From assembly GCA_038245785.1 (NCBI GenBank), contig JBBRSB010000001.1, positions 288,001-352,000 of the forward strand: a stretch of 64,000 nucleotides of DNA. The letters run 5' to 3'. Position numbers and translations under genes: made by a program. The notes below the pieces were generated by a model. The model saw nothing but the letters and a program-made list of their open reading frames with translations. It ran no database searches and was not told where the DNA came from. Position 1 is the first letter of the stretch. Each line of letters begins with the position of its first letter. Source of the stretch: Gloeobacterales cyanobacterium. GTDB lineage: Bacteria > Cyanobacteriota > Cyanobacteriia > Gloeobacterales > PMM-0068. Positions 31,416 to 41,107 of this stretch are shown piece by piece.

Positions 31416-31913
31416 CTAAGAAGCTTCCTGTAGCGGAACTTTTGCAACCGATTCTGCGGCCGCTTGAACAACTAAGACGGAACAAGGGCTGTGGTGCATC
31501 ACATAATTACTCACAGACCCCAGGATCATCTCTGAGACTCCCCGCAATCCCCTACGACCAATCACTACCAAGTCTGCATCTATTTCTTGGGCGTAGGCAC
31601 AGATGAGTTGCCCTATGGGGCCTGTTCGATATTCCCAATACGCCATAACGTCCTCTGCGTTGGCCTGCGTGCATCTTTGTTGAAGCTGCCCCGTGTCGTC
31701 GCCTTCGTGTCTAATCTCATTCACTTCCGTAGAGAGGGGAGTCCACATCGGATAGGAGTAGGGAGGAATGGGAGCGATCGTAGGGAACGGTATCTCTGTG
31801 GCTCCAAAGATAAACAGCTCAGCCTGAAGCCGCTTAGCCAAAGCCAGTGCCTTCTCAAAAGCTTGTTGAGCCTCAGGCGTATCATTGAACGCTACAAGAA
31901 TGCGTTGAAACAT
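31416..31913 (-). CDS. Universal stress protein
   Basis: ILVAF, ADLVVIGRRG, LGSVSNYVMHHSPCSVLVV. Confidence 0.93.
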   Translation of the reverse strand: MFQRILVAFNDTPEAQQAFEKALALAKRLQAELFIFGATEIPFPTIAPIPPYSYPMWTPLSTEVNEIRHEGDDTGQLQQRCTQANAEDVMAYWEYRTGPIGQLICAYAQEIDADLVVIGRRGLRGVSEMILGSVSNYVMHHSPCSVLVVQAAAESVAKVPLQEAS

Positions 31914-32143
31914 AAGTCCATCCCTAGATTACTGGGTGTGAAGCAAAGGTAGCCCACACAAAAAGCAAGACTACGGTAAACCACAACCAGAGAATCAAAG
32001 ACTGGAGATAGGAAGGAGAGGCTAGAGGACGCATAGGACACCCCACATGCTCGTTACCTTCATTCTAGAAAGCACAAAAAAACCCTGAGCCCTTTGCCAC
32101 AAAAGTTTATAGGCGAAAGAACTTGGGTTTTTAGGCGGAAAGC

Positions 32144-32410
32144 TTAGTTATTTTCCGTACGAATAATACGGCGTGGCGGCTTGGTCGCTGCGACTGCCGT
32201 GGCGGTCGTTTTGGCCGTGACCGTCTGCTTAGGCTGGGCAGCAACGGTAGCCGTCTTGTCCATAGATGCGTAGAAAGAGACCCGCTGCAGCTTTTCTACA
32301 AGGTTTTGCTTCTCAGCTTGGGTGGTGGCCACTTCGTACTTAGCGCGGATCTTGGCAATTTTTTGCTTGCGTTGGCGACGCTGGTTGAGTTCTTTCTGGC
32401 GAATACGCAT
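32144..32410 (-). CDS. Small basic protein (DUF6800-like)
   Basis: RQKELNQRRQRKQKIAKIRAKY..EKLQRVS. Confidence 0.6.
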   Translation of the reverse strand: MRIRQKELNQRRQRKQKIAKIRAKYEVATTQAEKQNLVEKLQRVSFYASMDKTATVAAQPKQTVTAKTTATAVAATKPPRRIIRTENN

Positions 32411-32552
32411 AGGAAGTTTGCTTATATCGAAACTTAACTAGATTAGCAAAAAATTGGTTCTGTGCATACTGCAATCCTTTTGAGCTTCGGAAGCGAAAAT
32501 CTTAGCGCTAAAATATAGAGGCAAGCACAAACGAACCGTACGGAAGAAGATC

Positions 32553-32888
32553 ATGACCCCTGCACTTCAGCAAAAAATTCAATCTATGGTGGATGACAAC
32601 AAGATTTTGATTTTCATGAAAGGGACCCCGAGCATGCCCCAGTGCGGATTCTCCGCAGCCACCATCCAAGCTTTTGCGTCCTTGGGCTATCCGTTTGAAA
32701 CAGTGAATATCCTGGAAGAGCCAGAGATCCGTCAGGGCATCAAAGAATTCTCTAATTGGCCCACCATTCCTCAAGTCTATGTGGGAGGAGAGTTCATTGG
32801 TGGATGTGACATTGTCCTTGAAATGCACTCCCGTGGGGAGTTAAAGCCTCTGGTTCAGGAAGCTGTAGAAGGCGTTACTCAATCCTAA
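32553..32888 (+). CDS. grxD: Monothiol glutaredoxin (CGFS)
   Basis: FMKGTP..PQCGFS, WPTIPQ, GGCD. Confidence 0.96.
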   Translation: MTPALQQKIQSMVDDNKILIFMKGTPSMPQCGFSAATIQAFASLGYPFETVNILEEPEIRQGIKEFSNWPTIPQVYVGGEFIGGCDIVLEMHSRGELKPLVQEAVEGVTQS

Positions 32889-33005
32889 GTTTGTAGGTAA
32901 ATTGGGATATGGCAGCCTGGAATGCTCTGTACTTAGCTGTTCCGGGCTGCTTTAGCTGATCAGCTGAATGGTATAATTCCCAAAAAGTAACGTGGCTCCG
33001 TTCTG

Positions 33006-35006
33006 ATGAAATTCCGCTGGTCAGCTCTTTATCTCGCAGGAAGTATTACTTTGGCCCTCACAGGGCAGTCTGTTTGGGCTCAGGATGCTCCCTTGCCACC
33101 AGCGCCTCCAGCTCCTGCTCAGCCCGCTCCTACGGCTCCTCCCGCGCCCCAAGATAAACCTGCGTCACCTGGAGCTCTACCCACTGCACCCGTGGCTCCC
33201 CCTGCTGCTCCACAAGAGAAGCCCCCTGCCCTTGAGCCCGATGCGGCCAAGCCTGCCGAGCCTCAAGTCTTGGTGGCAGAGGTGAAGGTCGTAAACAATG
33301 CGGCTGGAGGCAAAGAGTTGCCCGAGCTAGAGAAGGAAGTCTACAGAGTTATCAAAACCAGGGCAGGGGAAACAACGACCCGGACCCAGCTCCAGGAAGA
33401 TATCAATGCGGTTTTCTCGACGGGTTTTTTCTCGACGGTAAAAGCGACGCCAGAGGACACGCCGCTGGGCGTACGGGTAACATTTGATGTCGCTCCTAAC
33501 CCTGCCTTGACGGATGTAGTGGCCGAGGGCCGTACCGTATTGCCGGAAGCGGAACTCAATCAATTTTTTGCAGAACAAAAAGGCAAGACCATCAACTACG
33601 GACAACTCCAGAAGTCTATTAAGGATGTGGAAGAATGGTATGCAACGAGAGGCTATGTGCTGGCTAAGGTCACGGATGTCCAATCCAGCCCAGACGGCAA
33701 GGTTACGCTGACTCTGACCGAGGGGCAGGTCGAAGATATCGTAGTCAAGAACAATACGCGCACCCGAGATTTTATTGTCACGCGGGAGATGGACCTCAAG
33801 CCTGGTCAAGTATTCAACAAAGAAAAAGTCCAGAAGGATCTCCAGAAGCTTTTTGCCCTGAATCTATTCGAAGATGTCAGCCTGGAACTGAATCCGGGTA
33901 AGGACCCCAAAAAAGTGGTGGTCGGGGTCAAGGTCAAGGAAAAAAATACAGGTTCCCTGGCAGCAGGGGCCGGGGTTGACTCTGCAAGAGGGGTGTTTGG
34001 AACTATCAGTCTCCAAGAGCAGAATCTTGGTGGAAATAACCAGAAAGCCGGATTAGATCTGCAGCTTGGGACCCAACAGCTTCAGGCCAACGTTAACTAT
34101 ACGGACCCTTGGCTTAACAGTGACCCTAGTCGAACAGCCCTGAATGTCAACCTCTTTAAAAGAAATACCTTCAGCTACATATTTGATGAAGGGGTTCGTT
34201 TAGCCAGTGGCAATAGCCCTAGTGAAGACCGTTTGGGTGCCAGAGCCGCTTTGGCGCGCCCCTTGACGGAGTTCGGAAGTTCTTGGCGAGGTTCTGCTGG
34301 GCTCAGTTTTGAGCAGGTCCAGATCCGCGATGGTTTCGGAGTTGGGGGTACGCCTCAGACAGTAGACCAGCTGGGAAATCCGCTTACCCTAAGCGGAACT
34401 TCTATTGATAATCTCTTTACCCTAGAGACCTCTATTGCCAATGACTTGCGCGATAACCCGAACAATCCTAAGTCAGGCTCGTTCTTCAGTCTGGGAGCCG
34501 ATCAAGCACTTCCCGTCTTCGGCACTGGAGGAGTATCCCCTTCATTCACGCGTCTGGCTACCACCTACAGCCAGTTTATGCCCGTCAACTTTTTTAACTT
34601 CGGCTCAGGGAAACAAGTTCTGGCCTTTAACGGTCGCCTTGGAACCCTCTTGGGTGATTTCCCTCCCTATGAAGCGTTTACCCTGGGCGGCAGTAACTCG
34701 GTGCGGGGCTTTTCCGAGGGCAACTTAGGCACAGGGCGTTCCTTCTTTATCGGGACGACAGAGCTACGTTTTCCTGTATTTGACCCTGTGGGAGGTGTAG
34801 CTTTCGTGGACTATGGCACTGATTTAGGCAGTGCTGCTGCAGTGCTAGGAGCTCCTGCAATTGTGCGGGGGAAACCGGGTAATGCCTTGGGCTACGGCTT
34901 AGGTCTGCGCATCCAGTCCCCGCTCGGTCCTCTACGGATTGACTTCGGTTTTAACAGCGTCAATAAGCCTAGCCAGGTCCACTTTGGTTTGGGTGAGAAG
35001 TTCTAA
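33006..35006 (+). CDS. bamA: Omp85/BamA family outer-membrane assembly factor
   Basis: Pro-rich leader, POTRA domains, GGSNSVRGF, C-terminal FGLGEKF; upstream of lpxC. Confidence 0.92.
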   Translation: MKFRWSALYLAGSITLALTGQSVWAQDAPLPPAPPAPAQPAPTAPPAPQDKPASPGALPTAPVAPPAAPQEKPPALEPDAAKPAEPQVLVAEVKVVNNAAGGKELPELEKEVYRVIKTRAGETTTRTQLQEDINAVFSTGFFSTVKATPEDTPLGVRVTFDVAPNPALTDVVAEGRTVLPEAELNQFFAEQKGKTINYGQLQKSIKDVEEWYATRGYVLAKVTDVQSSPDGKVTLTLTEGQVEDIVVKNNTRTRDFIVTREMDLKPGQVFNKEKVQKDLQKLFALNLFEDVSLELNPGKDPKKVVVGVKVKEKNTGSLAAGAGVDSARGVFGTISLQEQNLGGNNQKAGLDLQLGTQQLQANVNYTDPWLNSDPSRTALNVNLFKRNTFSYIFDEGVRLASGNSPSEDRLGARAALARPLTEFGSSWRGSAGLSFEQVQIRDGFGVGGTPQTVDQLGNPLTLSGTSIDNLFTLETSIANDLRDNPNNPKSGSFFSLGADQALPVFGTGGVSPSFTRLATTYSQFMPVNFFNFGSGKQVLAFNGRLGTLLGDFPPYEAFTLGGSNSVRGFSEGNLGTGRSFFIGTTELRFPVFDPVGGVAFVDYGTDLGSAAAVLGAPAIVRGKPGNALGYGLGLRIQSPLGPLRIDFGFNSVNKPSQVHFGLGEKF

Positions 35007-35024
35007 ACATACGCAATCCTCTCT

Positions 35025-35843
35025 ATGTCTCAACAACAAACACTGGCTCATACGGCGACTTTTGAAGGTCCGGGATTGCACTATGGAAAGTCTTGCCACC
35101 TTACTATGGTCCCGGCTCCTCCAGGTTATGGTCGGCAGTTTCACCGTCTGGACCAGCCCAATCAGGGTGACCTTCCCGCTTTGGCGGAATATGGTCATCA
35201 GACGCTGCTCTCCACAGAACTACGCTTGGGTTCGCAGAATGTCCGTACCGTTGAGCATCTCCTGGCGGCCCTCTACGCTTTTGGGGTAGATAATTGCCGG
35301 ATTGAACTGGATGGCCCAGAAGTCCCGATTTTGGATGGCTCTTCCAAACCCTATGCCGAAGCGCTGATGAAAATGGGCCTGGTCACCCAAGAGCAACCCC
35401 GAAAAGAGATCAAGATTGAAACTCCGCTGATGATTTCAGAAGAAGACCGATTTGTAGCGGCGTTTCCCGACCAAGTTTTTCGCATCACCTATGGCATTGA
35501 CTTTCCGGTCCCGGAGATCGGGGTGCAATGGTTTAGCTTAGTCGTTACAGCAGAAATGTTTACCCAAGAAATTGCTCCAGCCCGGACCTTTACGCTTCTA
35601 GAGCAAATTGAAGCCCTGAGAGCGCAAGGTTTGATTCAAGGAGGAAGCTTGGATTGCGCCCTGGTATGCAGCAAAACAGGCTGGGTCAATACTCCTCAAT
35701 GGCCGGATGAGCCTGTACGCCATAAGATATTGGATCTATTGGGAGACCTTGCGCTTGTAGGAGCTCCTGTCGTCGGTCACTTTGTGGCCTACAAAGCGGG
35801 TCACGACCTCCATAGAAGAATGGCCCAAAAGCTGAGAGAATGA
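35025..35843 (+). CDS. lpxC: UDP-3-O-acyl-GlcNAc deacetylase
   Basis: GPGLHYG, TVEHLLAAL, EVPILDGSS, RHKILDLLGDL. Confidence 0.97.
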   Translation: MSQQQTLAHTATFEGPGLHYGKSCHLTMVPAPPGYGRQFHRLDQPNQGDLPALAEYGHQTLLSTELRLGSQNVRTVEHLLAALYAFGVDNCRIELDGPEVPILDGSSKPYAEALMKMGLVTQEQPRKEIKIETPLMISEEDRFVAAFPDQVFRITYGIDFPVPEIGVQWFSLVVTAEMFTQEIAPARTFTLLEQIEALRAQGLIQGGSLDCALVCSKTGWVNTPQWPDEPVRHKILDLLGDLALVGAPVVGHFVAYKAGHDLHRRMAQKLRE

Positions 35844-35897
35844 GGAGACTCTACGCTGGCACCTGTGTGCACGCCCCCACGTCATAAGGAATCTATT

Positions 35898-36347
35898 GTG
35901 GCCCAAGTAAATTACTCTGTTCTTGATATCCAGGAAGTCCTGCCTCACCGCTTCCCCTTCCTCTTTGTAGACCGAGTAATTGAATATGTGCCTGGAGAGT
36001 ATGTAGTTGGTATCAAAAATGTCACTATCAATGAAGCTTTTTTTCAAGGGCACTATCCAGGTCATCCTGTATTTCCCGGTGTTTTGATGATTGAAGCCCT
36101 TGGTCAAGTAGGCGCTTTCCTCGTCCTCAAAATCCCTGAGTACGCTCAAAAAATCCCCCTCTTCACGGGCGTAGAACGCTCTAAGATCCGCAAGCAAGTG
36201 GTGCCGGGGGATACGATTGTTCTTCATGCTAAGTTGATTGACATCCGTAAGCAGCGTTTTGGGAGGATGGACGTGTGGGCCACTGTCAATGACCAAAAGG
36301 TGGCAGATGGAGAGCTTCGTTTTGCAATAATAGACCGAGATTCCTGA
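35898..36347 (+). CDS. fabZ: 3-hydroxyacyl-ACP dehydratase
   Basis: LPHRFPFLFVDRV, FFQGHYP..PVFPGVLMIEA; GTG start after AAGGA. Confidence 0.96.
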   Translation: MAQVNYSVLDIQEVLPHRFPFLFVDRVIEYVPGEYVVGIKNVTINEAFFQGHYPGHPVFPGVLMIEALGQVGAFLVLKIPEYAQKIPLFTGVERSKIRKQVVPGDTIVLHAKLIDIRKQRFGRMDVWATVNDQKVADGELRFAIIDRDS

Positions 36348-36354
36348 GACTGAC

Positions 36355-37281
36355 ATGGGCTCACACACTTACACCCCGGCTGCTCCCAGAATCCACCCAA
36401 CCGCAGTGGTTCACCCCAAAGCTGATATCCATGAATCGGTGGTAATAGGTCCCTATGCTGTGATTGGGGAACACTCCATCCTGAATGCAGGGGTAGAGGT
36501 AGGTCCCCATGCGGTGATCGATGGGGCGGACGTCCAGATTGGGGAAGGTACCCGTCTCGGTCCCCACGTAGTGATCCAGGGCCATACCCGCATTGGCCGC
36601 CACAACGAATTTTTTGCCCATGCTTCGGTGGGGCAGGAACCTCAAGACTTGAAATACCAGGGCGATCCCTCCGAAGTACTCATTGGCGACGGAAACCGTA
36701 TTCGCGAAAGTGTGACGATTAACCGGGCCACCAAAGCGGGAGAAAAAACAATCCTCGGCAATAACAATTTGCTGATGGCCTATGTCCATGTGGCTCATAA
36801 CTGCGTGATTGAAGACCATGTGGTGATAGCCAATGCAGTGTCTTTGGCGGGTCATATTGTAGTGGAATCGAAAGCGACCATCGGGGGCATGACCGGGATC
36901 CACCAATTTGTGCACATTGGTCGACTGTGTATGATTGGCGGCTGTTCTCGGGTAGAACGGGATGTGCCGCCCTTCATCATGGCGGAAGGCAACCCTGTGC
37001 AGGTACGGGGCTTGAATATATTAGGACTTAAGCGGGCGCAGGTCGGTTCTGAAAGTTTGAGCTTACTCAAGAAAGCCTATCGCCTGATTTATCGCTCTGG
37101 TATGCCTTTGGCTCATGTCCTCCAGGAACTAGAGCTTTTCACCAGCAATCCTCTAGCAGACCACCTCTATGAGTTTCTGAAAACCTCTACGACCGATCCC
37201 ACCCGTAGAGGCCCAATTCGTCCTGAGAAATGGCGTTTGGGAAAGACAGAGGAACCAACGGATAAATCCGACCCTGAGTAA
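36355..37281 (+). CDS. lpxA: UDP-GlcNAc acyltransferase
   Basis: Hexapeptide repeats, PQDLKY, HVAHNC, LAGHI, IHQFVHIG. Confidence 0.96.
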   Translation: MGSHTYTPAAPRIHPTAVVHPKADIHESVVIGPYAVIGEHSILNAGVEVGPHAVIDGADVQIGEGTRLGPHVVIQGHTRIGRHNEFFAHASVGQEPQDLKYQGDPSEVLIGDGNRIRESVTINRATKAGEKTILGNNNLLMAYVHVAHNCVIEDHVVIANAVSLAGHIVVESKATIGGMTGIHQFVHIGRLCMIGGCSRVERDVPPFIMAEGNPVQVRGLNILGLKRAQVGSESLSLLKKAYRLIYRSGMPLAHVLQELELFTSNPLADHLYEFLKTSTTDPTRRGPIRPEKWRLGKTEEPTDKSDPE

Positions 37282-37295
37282 CTCCATGAGTAAAT

Positions 37296-38447
37296 ATGGG
37301 TAAAAAGATATTCATCAGTACGGGAGAGGTCTCAGGCGATTTGCATGGGAGCTATCTCATTAAAGCGCTGCTGGCCTTAGACCCAACTCTGGAAATTACG
37401 GCCTTGGGTGGTCAGCGGATGGCCCAAACCGGAATTAGACTGATTGCTGATACAGGAGCGATTAGTTCTATTGGTTATGCAGAAGCAGTTCCCTATATTT
37501 TGCCCACTCTCAAAGTGCAGCGTGAAGCCAAAAAATTCTTGAAACAAAATCCTCCAGACCTCGTAGTCTATATCGATTACATAGGGCCTAATGTTGCCCT
37601 GGGAAAATTTATACGCAAACTTGATGCCTCTATCCCTGGCGTCTATTACATCGGTCCTCAAGAATGGGTCTGGAACGCAGGTTCGACCAAAACCTCTGAG
37701 ATTGTTGGATTTACCGATCTAATCCTGGCTATTTTCCCAGAAGAAGAGAATTACTATACCCATAGTGGGGCTAACGTCACCCTCATTGGCAATCCTCTGA
37801 TCGATATTGTTCAAACCACCAAGTCGAGAGAAGCTATCCGTCAGGAGATGGAAGTCTCTGCTACGGACCCCATAGTAGTCCTGATGCCTGGTTCGCGTAC
37901 CCAGGAAATCAAGCAACTGATGCCTGCCATTTTTGAAGGAGCACGCTTGATGCAGGAGGCTATGCCTGCTCTTCATTTTTGGGTGCCCTTATCTTCAGAC
38001 CGATTCCGAGAAGCGGTTCAGCAAGAAGCAGAGGCCAAAGGCCTAAGGCTCAAAATCACCAAAGGCAATACCTACGATTTCTTAGCGGCCTCAGACCTGG
38101 TGATTTCTAAATCGGGGACCGTAAATCTAGAAACCGCTATCCTTGGTATTCCCCAGCTAGTGCTCTATCGACTCGGCGAAGTCACCGCTTTTATTGCCCG
38201 GAAAATTCTCAACGTCAACATCCCCTTTATTTCCCCGGTCAATCTTCTGGAAATGCGGACCATTGTGCCTGAATACGTACAAGAAGACAGTAATCCTCAG
38301 AACATTGCTCGTGAAGGGCTTGATTTGCTTACCAACCAGCCTCGCAGACAGCAGATGCACATAGACTATGCCCAGATGAGAGAAAAGCTCGGCACTCCTG
38401 GGGTTATACAGCGAGGCGCTCAGGCAATTTTAAGTTTAATAAAGTGA
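37296..38447 (+). CDS. lpxB: Lipid-A-disaccharide synthase
   Basis: GEVSGDLHG, PQEWVW, PGSRTQEI, SGTVNLE. Confidence 0.96.
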   Translation: MGKKIFISTGEVSGDLHGSYLIKALLALDPTLEITALGGQRMAQTGIRLIADTGAISSIGYAEAVPYILPTLKVQREAKKFLKQNPPDLVVYIDYIGPNVALGKFIRKLDASIPGVYYIGPQEWVWNAGSTKTSEIVGFTDLILAIFPEEENYYTHSGANVTLIGNPLIDIVQTTKSREAIRQEMEVSATDPIVVLMPGSRTQEIKQLMPAIFEGARLMQEAMPALHFWVPLSSDRFREAVQQEAEAKGLRLKITKGNTYDFLAASDLVISKSGTVNLETAILGIPQLVLYRLGEVTAFIARKILNVNIPFISPVNLLEMRTIVPEYVQEDSNPQNIAREGLDLLTNQPRRQQMHIDYAQMREKLGTPGVIQRGAQAILSLIK

Positions 38448-38562
38448 TGAAGATTGAGATGAACAGTGAGCTATGCCCTATATTCAGGGCAATCTAAACT
38501 TAAGGACTATAGTTTCTTACTATTTTCGTTAACGTATAGCGCTAACTTGCTCGGTCAATTTC

Positions 38563-39639
38563 ATGGTTTTTCTAGAGTTTTCAGCTCTGTTGGCTCAAGC
38601 TCCGGCTAAAGGGACTCCTCCTCCTGCCGGGTTCAATGATCTGTTCAAGGCTTTGGGGTTTACACCTCTTGGGCTTCTCGTGATCGGGCTCGTGGCTTTA
38701 GGATGTGGTTTTCTCTTTAGTCTTTTGGGTAAGCGCTCCAAGGGTGCCACGCTCGCTGATGTCCGCAAAGAGATTAGTAAAGAACTAGCTGGAGTAGCGC
38801 GCCAGCAAAGTTCAGGGCGTCTTGAAGTCCAATCGCTGGTGGAGGATGCGCTGAATCGAATGGGCAATGTCGATGAAAGTAGGCTCATCCGCCAGGAGCT
38901 TAAAGAACTGGGGGAACGCCAGTCTGGGATCGAGGCTTTCTTACAAAAGGAACTCAGCCGGATTCAGAATCTCCAAAAGACTTCTGCCCAAGATCTACAA
39001 CGCACACTGGCTCAGTGGGAAGAGCAGCTAAACCGCACCCTGAGCCAATGGCAAACCTATGTGGAAAAGACTTTGGGGCAGTCACCTTCTGCGGCGGCTA
39101 ATCCAAAAATGATGGAAGACCTACGGGTCAAGATGCTCCAAATGGAGTCTGTCTTGTCTCAGATGGAAGCGCTACAGAATCGATTGGCTGAGCTAGAACG
39201 CAAAAGTGGTCCTGCTCCCGCCCAGAACAAGGCTGTCCAGCGTAGTGTTACTTCTTCCCCCTCCGGGGAGATCCAGGGTATTCAAACCTACTTAGCGAAT
39301 GCAAAGCAGTTGTTGAACCGGAAGCAGTATGCAGAGGCCATTCAAAACCTGGATATCGTCCTCGATACGGACCAAACCAATAGTGAAGCATGGTATTACC
39401 GAGCTTCGGCCCTCGCCTTGACAGGCAATATTGAGGATGCGATTACCTATCTTCACTACGCTATCCAATTAGATGCCCATTGGGCTTATCAGGCTTCTTC
39501 CTCGGCTCATGAATTTGGGGCGTTAGCTAGTGATTTCCGCTTTGCTGAATTGGTCAATGATGCTCCTGATTCTCTCCCGCAATCAGCCAATGTGCCTGAT
39601 GCGTTAAACAAATTTTTTGGTTCCGGGGCTCACGAATAG
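38563..39639 (+). CDS. Membrane-anchored coiled-coil/TPR protein
   Basis: N-terminal TM, long heptad region, TPR (AWYYRASALALTG..DAI). Confidence 0.75.
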   Translation: MVFLEFSALLAQAPAKGTPPPAGFNDLFKALGFTPLGLLVIGLVALGCGFLFSLLGKRSKGATLADVRKEISKELAGVARQQSSGRLEVQSLVEDALNRMGNVDESRLIRQELKELGERQSGIEAFLQKELSRIQNLQKTSAQDLQRTLAQWEEQLNRTLSQWQTYVEKTLGQSPSAAANPKMMEDLRVKMLQMESVLSQMEALQNRLAELERKSGPAPAQNKAVQRSVTSSPSGEIQGIQTYLANAKQLLNRKQYAEAIQNLDIVLDTDQTNSEAWYYRASALALTGNIEDAITYLHYAIQLDAHWAYQASSSAHEFGALASDFRFAELVNDAPDSLPQSANVPDALNKFFGSGAHE

Positions 39640-39692
39640 ACTTCTAGGTTCGTATAACGATGATAGGCACACTCAAAAACGAAGGAAAGGCT

Positions 39693-40508
39693 ATGACACA
39701 GGATGTTCTCCGCAACCTCCTGGAAATACCGGGTGTGACAGGCGCTGTTTTGCTCTCCAAGGGAAGGGAACCCCATCTCTACCGGATGACGTTCACGCCT
39801 CCGCCCGAGGTGGCTGGCTGGGCGAGTCTCATGCATGAATTCGATCCCTTGGTGGAGGAGCTCCCCAAGGAGACGGAAACCATGGAGTTTTCCTTTAGTG
39901 AAGGCCATGTGCTCTGGTTTCGCCTGGTCCAAAAGCTGGCTTTCTTGATTTTTGTAGATGCCACTGCAAATCTTGAACGGGTCTATGGATCTGCAGAAAT
40001 CTGTCGTAAAGTTTTCAGAGCAGAGCCTGTAGATACGATTTTGGCCTGGGTTCCTTTGCGGATCGATGCGGCTACCCTCCCAACTGCTGAAACTTCTGCA
40101 CCCTCTGTACCCGATAAGCCTCCTGCTCCTGAGCAGTCTCCTATACCTACCGCTCCTGCAGCCAATAAACGACTGCAAGAAGCGCCTGTAAAAGATTGGA
40201 TATCCGCTGCCAACAGCTTAGTTCAGTACTCTGCTAGCTTTTTGGGCAAGGTGGTAGTGGCAAACTATCTAAAAACAAGCCGGGATGAACTGGTCGATAA
40301 TATGCCGCTGTTGACTAAGTTTGAGGTGAGTTTTGCGGCTCAAATTTCCTTTAAAGGAAGCCAAAGCCAATTTGATAGAGAGGCCCTAGATGAATTGCGC
40401 CAGTGGATGTTAGCTTTTGTACTCCGCTGTGAGAAAGTGATCAAAGACCATCGTCATGGATTGGAAAGTCAGCTCACGACTGAGCAATTACAGCTGCTTT
40501 TTAAGTGA
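39693..40508 (+). CDS. Hypothetical protein with roadblock/longin-like N-terminus
   Basis: LLEIPGVTGAVLL; Pro-rich linker; LGKVVVANYLKTSR domain. Confidence 0.6.
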   Translation: MTQDVLRNLLEIPGVTGAVLLSKGREPHLYRMTFTPPPEVAGWASLMHEFDPLVEELPKETETMEFSFSEGHVLWFRLVQKLAFLIFVDATANLERVYGSAEICRKVFRAEPVDTILAWVPLRIDAATLPTAETSAPSVPDKPPAPEQSPIPTAPAANKRLQEAPVKDWISAANSLVQYSASFLGKVVVANYLKTSRDELVDNMPLLTKFEVSFAAQISFKGSQSQFDREALDELRQWMLAFVLRCEKVIKDHRHGLESQLTTEQLQLLFK

Positions 40509-40522
40509 GCCCTCTTCCCCGG

Positions 40523-40548
40523 CCCCTCTCCCAAATTTGGGAGAGGGG
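40523..40548. repeat. 26-bp perfect REP-like palindrome
   Basis: CCCCTCTCCCAAATTTGGGAGAGGGG. Confidence 0.8.
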
Positions 40549-40694
40549 AGTAGGTTAAGCCTATGACGCTGGTTGAAAAGTGTTGTAGAGGTTGAGAAAT
40601 TGTTGAGTAGCGCCCAGCTTTGGGCTGGGTGAGGATTGGAACTATTTTGGTTCAAACAATCTTCCAGTTATGTACTTATGCAAGATGCTTGAGT

Positions 40695-40943
40695 TCACTC
40701 ATGGTCGTTACCTCTCGTTGGCGTAATCGGTTGCTCTCTTCCGCCTTCCATGAAAGGCTCCGAGCCAAAATGATCTAACTGGTTAAACCACTCAACCGGA
40801 TCGTTCGTCATTGGCTCTAAAAGGACTCCCTTCCCCACCCGACGCATTCGTACTTGGTCCCCAGGGAAACGAAAGTCCTGAGGCAACCGCACCGCTTGGC
40901 TATGGCCGCTCTTAAACAACTTGGCAATTTCATTCCGGGGCAT
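40695..40943 (-). CDS. vapB: AbrB/MazE-type VapB antitoxin (orphan)
   Basis: AKLFKSGHSQAVRLPQDFRF, VLLEP, FMEGGREQP. Confidence 0.88.
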   Translation of the reverse strand: MPRNEIAKLFKSGHSQAVRLPQDFRFPGDQVRMRRVGKGVLLEPMTNDPVEWFNQLDHFGSEPFMEGGREQPITPTRGNDHE

Positions 40944-41107
40944 GAACTAATCCTTGTCGTATATACCCAAAGTGTATGCCGTTGTGTTCACTAGAAGCTA
41001 CCGAGCTAAATTCTCTCGATGACAGGTGTTTTGCTTGTGTAGTCAAATAATTTGTGGCGCTACACCAAGCTGGGGTAGCCTGGATTCCTCTCTAATTCAC
41101 CCCACCT

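Noticed and set aside
33080..33265. Repetitive CCT/GCT-rich stretch
   Set aside because: Encodes the Pro/Ala-rich linker of Omp85; not a separate DNA repeat element
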